The notes beneath the pieces are model-generated. The model was not told the origin of the DNA. It saw only the letters and a list, made by a program, of their open reading frames with translations, and did no database searches. Positions 18,190-25,779 of a stretch of 36,452 nucleotides of DNA are shown here, one piece after another; position 1 is the stretch's first letter, and every line of letters starts with the position of its first letter. The DNA is taken from NCBI GenBank assembly GCA_030431385.1, contig JAUIJJ010000001.1, forward strand, positions 1 to 36,452. The letters run 5' to 3'. Both the position numbers and the translations under genes were made by a program. This stretch comes from a bacterium (GTDB lineage Bacteria > Sumerlaeota > Sumerlaeia > SLMS01).

Positions 18190-18870
18190 CTAGCGGAAGC
18201 GAACCAGATCGGATGAGTCCACTACTTGGTCGAAATTCGAATCCTTGAACGAGTCGTCGACCGATGAAATTTGCCCGAGCAAATCAGCGAGGACGACCTC
18301 CATTGGGTCCTGTCCGGGGATCACGTGAATTCCTGTGATCTCGTCGACAGGCAGCACCTGAACAGGGTCCTGACCGATTACGGTGTCGCCGCTATCGACT
18401 CCCCTAAGCAGAATCGTGAAGGGCGCGGATGGCGCCCCGGTTTCGCTGGGAGTAAACTCAAAGTCGACGACCTCGCCGCTGGCGAAGCTCGTGTTCCCAA
18501 AAATGTCGGACACTGTGAGGTCACGTCGCCTGTTACCAGACTCACTGTCGTCTATCGCCGCCTGATTGCCCAAGGAGGGAGAGACAACGGTCGTGACGTC
18601 GTCACTGGAAGCCCATGTGTCCATCTTGCTCTCAGCGACTGAAGCGAAGTCGCCGGCTCCGTCCGGCCAACTCACCCGCACCTGAATGGCGCTCAGGTCG
18701 AGTTCGTTGTCGTAGATCGTCAGCCGCAGCTTGAGGGGCTGATCAACTTCTGCCGTCTGCTTGCCGTTGTAGTGCAGGTAAAGGCTGCGCTCCGGCGCGT
18801 CATCTCCGGCGGTTGCCAAAGAAGCGCCCAGCATCGTCGCCAGACCTAAGGTAATGAGTGTCTTCTTCAT
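18190..18870 (-). CDS. small secreted protein: cohesin-like beta-sandwich module plus a C-terminal dockerin-like Ca-loop
   Basis: The ATG at 18870 (MKKTLITLGLATMLGASLATAGDD) follows GAGGG, 20 nt after the upstream stop. Residues 58-203 (ORF numbering) are paralogous to the C-terminal module of the upstream 799-aa protein. The tail DSNFDQVVDSSDL fits D-x-N-x-D-x-x-V-D-x-x-D-L. Confidence 0.8.
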   Translation of the reverse strand: MKKTLITLGLATMLGASLATAGDDAPERSLYLHYNGKQTAEVDQPLKLRLTIYDNELDLSAIQVRVSWPDGAGDFASVAESKMDTWASSDDVTTVVSPSLGNQAAIDDSESGNRRRDLTVSDIFGNTSFASGEVVDFEFTPSETGAPSAPFTILLRGVDSGDTVIGQDPVQVLPVDEITGIHVIPGQDPMEVVLADLLGQISSVDDSFKDSNFDQVVDSSDLVRFR

Positions 18871-18890
18871 GAAAGCGCCCTCGTAGTGTT

Positions 18891-21290
18891 TTATCCTCCT
18901 GCGGAAACGCACAAGCCCGGTGCCTGAAGGCAGGGATCGATGCCAGGCGTCACGGGGAACCCGATCAAGGTATCGACCGTCAGAATCTCTATGGGGTCCT
19001 GACCGACCAAAGTGTCACCCAAATCCGCGCCCTGAAGCAGGAGGTCGAAGACCCCCTGCGTCGTCGGCTCGTACTCAAACTCGACCAGCATGCCGCTCGA
19101 AAAGCTTGTTACGCCCTGCAAATCGGCAGCGGTGATGGTGCGGTAAACGTGCCCCTGCTTTGTCAAGTCCTGCGCAGGCGACTGATCCAGTGCGGGCGAT
19201 ACGACGACTGTCACGTCCCCCCCATTCTCCCAAGCAGCTGACCCCATGGGGACGCTGCCGAGGTCGCCCGCACCCTCCGGCCAACTCAGCCGGACCTTCG
19301 TCGCGGAAATGTCGGTCGTGTTGTTGAGCAACTCCAGCCCGAGCCGCAGCGGGTCGCCCGACTGCACCGGACCGGCGGAGCTCTTAAGTAGCCGCAGCGT
19401 CGTACCCACTGGCGCCTGCGGCGTGAGGTCCGGCCCCATTGAGGTTACGGAAAGGTTTTGCAGTGTCACTTCGATGCCCGAATCGTTGTCGGAGGTATCC
19501 GAGTAGATGTAGTCGAAGGAGAGGAAAGCGGTCTCGCCATCCAGAACCTCCGGCGCCTCGAACCAAACGTGGTAAGTGCGCGGCGAGCCATCGAGCGGCA
19601 CGAGGGGGTCGGTGCCGGTGGATTCGATATTGGTGTAGGCGGAGGCGTTCAGCGATGAATCATTCATGCGCAAACGGAACGCCGGAACTTCGGTTTGTTG
19701 CGAGGGGTCCGCATTGGTGGCAACGTCGAAGGTGAAGTGATAGAGACGCCCACCCTCGAAGACGACTCCCTGCTCCGCTTCCGGTGAACCCCAGAAACCG
19801 AAGGTGGTCGTGTCGGCGTTCTTGCCGGTGGCTCCCGACAGGGAAAGGCCCGCAGTTGTCGCGCGAGAATTCGGCGAGGTTAGGAGCGTCGTGTCACGGA
19901 ACGTCCATCCAAAGTCGCCCATGCTGAAGTCGCGGGTTAGCTCGTCGCGCTCCTCGCCGAAGCCTGCCAGACTGATCTTTTCGAGGCTGACGAAATCGAG
20001 AGAAATCACGGCCTCCGGAGCATCTGTCGGGTCGAAGTTGAGGACCTCGAAATCGAGGATGAACTCATCCTCGTTCTCTGGCTGATTGAAGAACTGATGG
20101 TACTCGCGCTCGCCAACTCGGGGCGAGAACACTGCGTCGCCGGTCGAGCTGGCGACGAGCACTGAGCTCTGCTGGAAGCTTGCGGTCGAGGCGCGCATCC
20201 GAACGGTCGGCGCGAGGCGAATGTCGGCAACGTCGGAGCCAATCAGCCAGTTCGCGCGGAACAACCGGTCGTCGTCCGGAGCCGCACCGGTAATCCGCGA
20301 GCTACCGCCGATGACGAACTGCGGCGACTCCCAGAAGCTGTAGCTGTTGGTGTTGCTGGTGGTCATGATATTCAGCGCGCCGTCGCCATGGAAGCCGGTC
20401 GCATCAGGGAACGCGCCGGGGAGCAGGTAGGACCAGCCTTCTGCGTCATCGTCGAATGTGAATTCAATGTAAGGGAAGGGGTCCGGCGTTTCCGTCGGCG
20501 TGACGGTCGGCGTCGGGGTCGCCGTAGGCGTCATCGTCGGTGTATCCGTCGGCGTCATCGTTGGGGTCGCGGTAGGCGTCATGGTCGGTGAGGGAGACGG
20601 AGCCGGCGTGGGGGTACAGGACGGCGACATGGTTTGAGTTGGCGTTGGCGTTCGTGTCATCGTCGTCGTCGGCGTCGGCGTTTCGGTCATGGTCGGCGTG
20701 GGAGACGGCGTCGGTGTCGGAGTAGTTGCGCTGACGATTTCGAATGTGATCGAAGTGTCGATGTTTGCTGAGGTCTGCTGCACGCCACCGTCGCAGATCA
20801 GAACCGGCTGGGAAAACGGATTCGTCATCGGTCGGCCCTCGATTGTGATCTGCGATCCAACCGCGAGTGGCGTCGGAATGGTGAAGGTCAGCTCATAGAT
20901 CATCACATCGCGTGCCGTGTCGTCTGTCTGGACGCAACGAGCCGAAGTAAAGTTGCGCGAGACAAAGCCAGCGGTCTCCGCGAAGGGCGCCTGATCCAGC
21001 GGCGGGTTGAACGCGGTAATGCTCAGCCCCACGTCGGGGGTGTCCATCGCGGCGACAATCTCAACAGTATCGGGAAACAGAAGGTTATGGGCGAAGCCGC
21101 CGACGGCGCATTCCATGTCGCGCGCGCTGACCAAAAAGGAAAAGGAAGTCTCCCCTTCCAGAATGTCTGTACCCGCATTGGTGGCCTCGAAGAAGACTTC
21201 AGGAATCGGGCCGGGGCCGCGATCCTGAGCCGAAAGCCCCCCCGCAAGTGCTAGGAACGTAATTGCCAAAAGTGATACCAACTTGTTCAT
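18891..21290 (-). CDS. secreted multi-module protein: signal peptide, cohesin-like module, Pro/Thr linker, two tandem copies of an unknown ~165-aa domain, second cohesin-like module
   Basis: 799 aa. The signal peptide is MNKLVSLLAITFLALAGGLSA/QD and the start is preceded by AGGTGAGGA. Module boundaries come from my residue count. The cohesin-like assignment is by pattern (alternating hydrophobic beta strands such as FSFLVSARDMECAVGGFAHNLLFPDTVEIV and MIYELTFTIPTPLAVGSQITI) and is tentative. Confidence 0.85.
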   Translation of the reverse strand: MNKLVSLLAITFLALAGGLSAQDRGPGPIPEVFFEATNAGTDILEGETSFSFLVSARDMECAVGGFAHNLLFPDTVEIVAAMDTPDVGLSITAFNPPLDQAPFAETAGFVSRNFTSARCVQTDDTARDVMIYELTFTIPTPLAVGSQITIEGRPMTNPFSQPVLICDGGVQQTSANIDTSITFEIVSATTPTPTPSPTPTMTETPTPTTTMTRTPTPTQTMSPSCTPTPAPSPSPTMTPTATPTMTPTDTPTMTPTATPTPTVTPTETPDPFPYIEFTFDDDAEGWSYLLPGAFPDATGFHGDGALNIMTTSNTNSYSFWESPQFVIGGSSRITGAAPDDDRLFRANWLIGSDVADIRLAPTVRMRASTASFQQSSVLVASSTGDAVFSPRVGEREYHQFFNQPENEDEFILDFEVLNFDPTDAPEAVISLDFVSLEKISLAGFGEERDELTRDFSMGDFGWTFRDTTLLTSPNSRATTAGLSLSGATGKNADTTTFGFWGSPEAEQGVVFEGGRLYHFTFDVATNADPSQQTEVPAFRLRMNDSSLNASAYTNIESTGTDPLVPLDGSPRTYHVWFEAPEVLDGETAFLSFDYIYSDTSDNDSGIEVTLQNLSVTSMGPDLTPQAPVGTTLRLLKSSAGPVQSGDPLRLGLELLNNTTDISATKVRLSWPEGAGDLGSVPMGSAAWENGGDVTVVVSPALDQSPAQDLTKQGHVYRTITAADLQGVTSFSSGMLVEFEYEPTTQGVFDLLLQGADLGDTLVGQDPIEILTVDTLIGFPVTPGIDPCLQAPGLCVSAGG
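20478..20726 (-). repeat. low-complexity Pro/Thr-linker coding repeat (residues 189-271 of the 799-aa protein)
   Basis: It encodes TTPTPTPSPTPTMTETPTPTTTMTRTPTPTQTMSPSCTPTPAPSPSPTMTPTATPTMTPTDTPTMTPTATPTPTVTPTETPDP. The DNA shows imperfect 24-nt periodicity (MTPT[A/D]TPT units, e.g. ggcgtcatcgtcggtgt / ggcgtcatcgttggggt on the plus strand). Confidence 0.85.
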
Positions 21291-21330
21291 GAACGCGGAT
21301 CCTCACCTGAATTCTGTTGTTAGGTCGTTT

Positions 21331-22329
21331 CTACTTCTTTTGGTAAACGCACCCTTGGAAACCGTGGGCGTCGAGGTAGTGAGCCGCCTCGTCGATGCCT
21401 GAGGTGCCGACATATTCAACGCCGCCTGTCCAAGGGAGCAGTGTCTCCAGTGCCATCCTGCCGAGGGGGGACGAATCGAATTCGGCCGGGTCCCAGCGCA
21501 GGATCAGTGAAACCTCTGTGGGAGGGATGGTCGCAAGCAATCCAAAGATTTCGCGCAACTCCGATTCGCTCCACTTTTGCAGCGCCATCGATACGGCCGG
21601 TCGCACGCCGTCGACGTGCAAGGTCCGATGCCACTTGGCTCGCAGCCGCGTCAGACGCTCGCGCCCTTCTGCGGTCTTTAAGTCCGCCTCCACGCCGACT
21701 GAATGCGGGCGCATCCGCAGCGCGTAGCCTCCCAGAAACGGATCGCGAAAGTAGTCGTCGATGTCGTCGTCTTCGATGGGGACAATCAGCGCGCCGATGG
21801 CGCGACACGTCTCGACGCAGTGGCGGCGGATTTCCTCGAGCTGTCCCGGCGACATCGCGCCGGGATTGCAATAGAGCAGGAGGTCGCCGCCCGTCGTTTC
21901 CGCGAGAAGCTCCGGCGAGAAAGTCGAACTGGCATCGAAGGAGGCACTCGCCCCGCGCCGCTTGGGCGACGCAAAAGGTTCGCACGGCGGCAGCGCAATC
22001 GGCACGGTGTCGCCTTCGCGGCTGCGCCCGTCTCGAAACGGGGGCTGGGGAAGATCGTTGATGCGCAGGATCATCGCCGCCTCCGAGACATCGGAAAAGC
22101 CGTGGCGCGTTCCTGCGCGGACAACAAGCACGTCGCCGCTTTCCGCCTCGAGCTCCTCGCCCGCCTCGAAAGTCTTCAGCCGGCCTTCGAGAATAAAGTA
22201 CACCTGATTGGCATCGGAGATGTGGGGCGCGATGGACTCACCAGGGGCCAGCGCGATGGGCTCCGCCTGTTCAATCACGCACCAGTTTGGGCGCATGGCC
22301 CGCAGCGATTGCAGATTCAGGAGTGCCAT
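21331..22329 (-). CDS. cupin-domain protein fused to an unknown ~190-aa C-terminal domain
   Basis: The N-terminal ~100 aa fit the cupin pattern: GESIAPHISDANQVYFILEG...GDVLVVRAGTRHGF. Motif 1 is degenerate (HxS instead of HxH). The C-terminal half has no motif I recognise. The start ATG overlaps the PfpI stop (TGATG at 22327-22331). Confidence 0.7.
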   Translation of the reverse strand: MALLNLQSLRAMRPNWCVIEQAEPIALAPGESIAPHISDANQVYFILEGRLKTFEAGEELEAESGDVLVVRAGTRHGFSDVSEAAMILRINDLPQPPFRDGRSREGDTVPIALPPCEPFASPKRRGASASFDASSTFSPELLAETTGGDLLLYCNPGAMSPGQLEEIRRHCVETCRAIGALIVPIEDDDIDDYFRDPFLGGYALRMRPHSVGVEADLKTAEGRERLTRLRAKWHRTLHVDGVRPAVSMALQKWSESELREIFGLLATIPPTEVSLILRWDPAEFDSSPLGRMALETLLPWTGGVEYVGTSGIDEAAHYLDAHGFQGCVYQKK

Positions 22330-22874
22330 CAGGAACCCGACCTGGCCGGCTGGTTCGAAAGGAACTCAAGGCATGCGCGCATCTGTGCAGGTAGGTCTGG
22401 CGGCGTCCGGGAGGTGATCAGATTGCCGTCGACGACCACTTCTTCGTCCAGGAACGTCCCGCCCGCGTTGATGAGGTCGGTCTTGATCGCGCCCACCGAG
22501 GTGAAGTTTTTTCCCCTCACGATGTCCGCCTCGGCCATCACCCACGGGCCGTGGCAAATCGAGGCGACGAGTTTGCCTTCGAGAAAAATGTCGCGGACGA
22601 ACTGCACCAAGTCCGCGTAGCGCCGCATCTTGTCGGGTGCGTAGCCGCCGGGGATAAACACGCCATCGTATTCGTGAGTGCTCACGTCCTCGACCGCTCG
22701 GTCTGACTTGAGAGGGTAGCCGTGCTTGCTGCGGTAGACGTGTTCGCGCAGCGGCGCGATCACGTCGACCTCCACGCCCGCTTCGCGAAAACGCAGAATC
22801 GGATACCACGCTTCCAGATCCTCGTAAATGTCCTCGGCCAATACCGCGATGCGGCGATTTTCAAGACTGCCCAT
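22329..22874 (-). CDS. DJ-1/PfpI family protein (class I glutamine amidotransferase-like)
   Basis: 181 aa with the nucleophile-elbow motif ASICHGPWVM, flanked by YDGVFIPGGYAPD and GNLITSR, typical of the PfpI/YhbO group. Confidence 0.9.
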   Translation of the reverse strand: MGSLENRRIAVLAEDIYEDLEAWYPILRFREAGVEVDVIAPLREHVYRSKHGYPLKSDRAVEDVSTHEYDGVFIPGGYAPDKMRRYADLVQFVRDIFLEGKLVASICHGPWVMAEADIVRGKNFTSVGAIKTDLINAGGTFLDEEVVVDGNLITSRTPPDLPAQMRACLEFLSNQPARSGS

Positions 22875-22895
22875 AGCAATAACCCCTTTCGGAAA

Positions 22896-23363
22896 CTACT
22901 TTCCTGCACCCCACGACATCTCGTCGGAATCGAGCCAGATCGTCACGGGCCCATCGTTGACGAGTTGAACGTCCATCATTGCGCCGAAACGACCGGTCTC
23001 GACCTTGCCGTCGTAGACCTCGCGCAGCACATCGAGGAACAGATCGAACATCCCCCGCGCCTGGTCGGGAGGCATGGCGCTGACGTAGCTCGGCCTGCGG
23101 CCTTTGCGCGCATCGGCGTAGAGTGTAAACTGAGAGACCGCGAGAATTCCGCCGCCGATATCTGCGATGGAGCGGTTCATCTTTTCTTCATCGTCGGAGA
23201 AGATTCGCAGATTCACGAGTTTCTCGGCAGCGGGCCGGAACAGCGCCTCGGTATCACCGGCGCCCAATCCCACGAGCACGACAATGCCGCGTCCGATACG
23301 CCCGATCACTTCGCCATCTACTGTGACTCTCGCCTCGGAAACGCGCTGAAGCAACAACCGCAT
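22896..23363 (-). CDS. dtd: D-aminoacyl-tRNA deacylase
   Basis: 155 aa. MRLLLQRVSEARVTVDGEVIGRIGRGIVVLVG, SQFTLYADARKGRRPSY and NDGPVTIWLD are the conserved Dtd signatures. Confidence 0.95.
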   Translation of the reverse strand: MRLLLQRVSEARVTVDGEVIGRIGRGIVVLVGLGAGDTEALFRPAAEKLVNLRIFSDDEEKMNRSIADIGGGILAVSQFTLYADARKGRRPSYVSAMPPDQARGMFDLFLDVLREVYDGKVETGRFGAMMDVQLVNDGPVTIWLDSDEMSWGAGK

Positions 23364-23550
23364 AGACCTGACCTCACCAGAAACTTATGGGGAGTAGAGC
23401 ACGGGCAGATCGCGACCACAAGCAAAGGTCCAAGCCGACCCGTTGATTGAGCCGACCACAGCCATTGAGAGATTTTGTTTTTGCAGTTTAGACAGGTGAT
23501 TTCGCCCTTGACGTGTCGGGCGTTCCTTACGACCCTTCTCGTCCCTGCGG

Positions 23551-23643
23551 GGAGAGGTGGCCGAGTGGCTTAAGGCAACGGTTTGCTAAATCGTCAGACC
23601 GCTAACAGCGGTCTCGGGGGTTCGAATCCCCCTCTCTCCTCCA
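23551..23643 (+). tRNA. tRNA-Ser (anticodon GCU), class II with a long variable arm and genomically encoded CCA
   Basis: Hand fold: acceptor GGAGAGG/TCTCTCC (one G-U pair); D arm GCC..GGC; anticodon stem ACGGT/ATCGT with loop TTGCTAA (anticodon GCT); variable arm GACCGC-TAACA-GCGGTC; T arm GGGGG-TTCGAAT-CCCCC; then T-CCA. Confidence 0.93.
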
Positions 23644-23718
23644 CTTACCTTTCTTACATTATCGCTGACGATCGCTCGGAGCACTCCGGGCCTTGGCCCG
23701 TTATGTTCGTCGTTTGCT

Positions 23719-25773
23719 TTAGAAGATCACCCAGCTCTCGAAGTCGGAGGTCGGGGCGTCTGCCTGTACGGGGTTCGACCCTTGATCCTGCTCGTCGATG
23801 TTGAGGATGCCGTCATTGTCGAAGTCGCCATTGGCGTCTTGATCGAGTCCTCCGAAGTAGAAGAACTCCCAGTCGTCGTCTAGCATATCCATGTCGCTGT
23901 CCACAGCGGGCGGAACCGGCGGCAACTGATAGCCGACGACGTTCGCAATTCGAACCGGGAGCGGATCGCTGTCGTGGTTGTCCACGTCGACGAGTCCCTC
24001 AACAGTGATGATCGTCCCCGGGATGTAGGCTCCCATGAGCCCCGAGAGGCGGTAAGTCGTGGCGTCCTGCTGAAGGAGGAAACCGAATTCATCAATCGTG
24101 AGGGGGCCTTCGAGTGTCGTAATCGCCGGCGGAATCGCCGCAGCGAATGCCGCCGCGCTTGTGGCGACCAACGGGAGGTTTCCCACCCGGACTCCATCGG
24201 GAATCAACATCGGGTCGACCGAGCGGCCAGCGAAGTGATCTGCCAGCAGTTCAAGCATTGAGACACGTCCCGGCGTCGTTGAAAACCGGAGGTAATCGCT
24301 CACCAAATCCAGCATGGGCACCGTCACGGAGCTCGAAATCAGATCGTAGATTTCCGCCTCGTTCATGGTCGCGCGCAGATCGAAGACGATTGAAGCTTCA
24401 GGCCCCGCGCCCGGGGTGCCGGGAGTGAACTCTTCGCCTGTTAACTGCTCGTAGTAGAGGTTAAGAAGCAGCGCCTCGGCGGTGGTTCTAGCGTTCAGAA
24501 CTTCGCCGGCGGATGTATCAAAAATCCGCGCGTCGTAGATCGCGCGATAGGCGTCTCGCCAGTCCTCGAGGTCGAAGGCATCGCTGCACAAATCGATGAT
24601 TGGATCGATGCGAAGGCTTTGCGGCTGTTCCAGACCAAGCAGTACGCGACCGCTGCCGTCCTGGGCGCGGGCTCGAATGTAATGGAACTGCTCTCCGGAA
24701 GTTCGATAGGAAAAGGTTCCATCGTCAGTTTCCAGCCGGTGCGAAAGCGCTTCGCCGCCTGGCGTCAAGACATCCACCCGGAAGGTCGTTGGCCATGGCA
24801 GTTCCGGATCGGGAGTCAGCGGTGGAGGGCTCGCGCCGGCGGTGGTCTCTTGAATCTCTCCGCTTCGAAAGATTTCGACTGTTTTCAAATTCGGCGCGGC
24901 TGGGAAGCTGTCAGGGTCGTTCGCGTCAGTCCCGCGAAGATTCTCGTCCTCTGTGCTCCATGAGTCATTGTCTGGGTCAACCCACCCGGGGGGCAGGTCG
25001 TCTGGATCGTTGGGAATGAACGCATCCGTCCCGCGCAGAAACTCATCCAGATCATCGAGAGTGTTTCCGTTGAAGTCGCCCTCCGCCCGAAGCGGGTCCA
25101 AGCCAAGTTCGATTTCGATGCGGTCGGGGATATTGTCCTGATCGGTATCGACGCAAACAGGGCCTCCGAAGAGGTACGTAGCGATCTTAGCCGTCCCCAT
25201 GATCATCCCATCATTGCCGCGATAGGAAACGATGCTGTCCTTTGCGATGTGAATCGACTCCCCCGCATATATCATCGGCGGAGATCCATTGACCGAATAG
25301 GTAATTGCTATTCCGGCCTCTGGTGCATGGAAGGAGAGGTTCACTGTCGTTTCATAAAACCCGCCGGGAGGATTCACCTCGACCCGAAGTGGATCATACA
25401 CACCTGCGTCGCCAAAGTACGCAGTCGCTTTGGTGGCGCTGCGCTGGTTGCCGTAAACATGGTACTGTGTTGCAGGGAGTGGGAGCGGTATGTCCACATC
25501 GAGAGGCCCAAATGCCAAGAATCCCGCGCTGGGGTCTGGGTCGAGTCGGCCGACCTCAACGTTAAACCCATCGTAGGCCCCGACGCTGGTCGTATAGCCT
25601 TCTACCAATCGAGAATCAACAACCCGCGGCGAAGGATCATCAGTCACGGATGAATCGTAGACGACGACGTTCGCAACGGGGGCGTCGGCGAAGGAAATTG
25701 TGCCTGCGCCCACGAAGAGTGCGGCAGCGAAGCTCGCCCTGAGTGTCTCTTGCATGTACCTGTTCATTCGCAT
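23719..25773 (-). CDS. large secreted protein (684 aa) with acidic thrombospondin-type-3-like Ca-binding repeats; third gene of the giant-protein operon
   Basis: The signal-like N-terminus is MRMNRYMQETLRASFAAALFVGAGTISFADA. Acidic repeats are CVDTDQDNIPD, DPDNDSWSTEDENLRGTDANDPD and DQDANGDFDNDGILNIDEQD. The segment FYETTVNLSFHAPEAGIAITYSVNGSPPMIYAGESIHIAKDSIVSYRG resembles the chitobiase/hexosaminidase C-terminal-like beta-sandwich. The start lies 6 nt after the upstream stop. Confidence 0.85.
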   Translation of the reverse strand: MRMNRYMQETLRASFAAALFVGAGTISFADAPVANVVVYDSSVTDDPSPRVVDSRLVEGYTTSVGAYDGFNVEVGRLDPDPSAGFLAFGPLDVDIPLPLPATQYHVYGNQRSATKATAYFGDAGVYDPLRVEVNPPGGFYETTVNLSFHAPEAGIAITYSVNGSPPMIYAGESIHIAKDSIVSYRGNDGMIMGTAKIATYLFGGPVCVDTDQDNIPDRIEIELGLDPLRAEGDFNGNTLDDLDEFLRGTDAFIPNDPDDLPPGWVDPDNDSWSTEDENLRGTDANDPDSFPAAPNLKTVEIFRSGEIQETTAGASPPPLTPDPELPWPTTFRVDVLTPGGEALSHRLETDDGTFSYRTSGEQFHYIRARAQDGSGRVLLGLEQPQSLRIDPIIDLCSDAFDLEDWRDAYRAIYDARIFDTSAGEVLNARTTAEALLLNLYYEQLTGEEFTPGTPGAGPEASIVFDLRATMNEAEIYDLISSSVTVPMLDLVSDYLRFSTTPGRVSMLELLADHFAGRSVDPMLIPDGVRVGNLPLVATSAAAFAAAIPPAITTLEGPLTIDEFGFLLQQDATTYRLSGLMGAYIPGTIITVEGLVDVDNHDSDPLPVRIANVVGYQLPPVPPAVDSDMDMLDDDWEFFYFGGLDQDANGDFDNDGILNIDEQDQGSNPVQADAPTSDFESWVIF

Positions 25774-25779
25774 AGCGGG

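Noticed and set aside
20478-20726. Repeat region considered as a CRISPR array or non-coding VNTR
   Set aside because: It is in frame inside a long ORF and encodes a Pro/Thr linker. The units are 24 nt, imperfect and contiguous, with no spacers.
21703-22620. 305-aa plus-strand ORF (and 21441-22061 plus, 21416-21985 minus)
   Set aside because: It spans the junction of the cupin and PfpI genes on the opposite strand. It is Arg/Ala-rich. The real minus-strand genes are supported by motifs and by the TGATG coupling.
23688-23699. GGGCCTTGGCCC hairpin between tRNA-Ser and the convergent 684-aa gene, considered as a bidirectional terminator
   Set aside because: The stem is only 4-5 bp with a 2-4-nt loop and has no adjacent T-tract. 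This is too weak to call.
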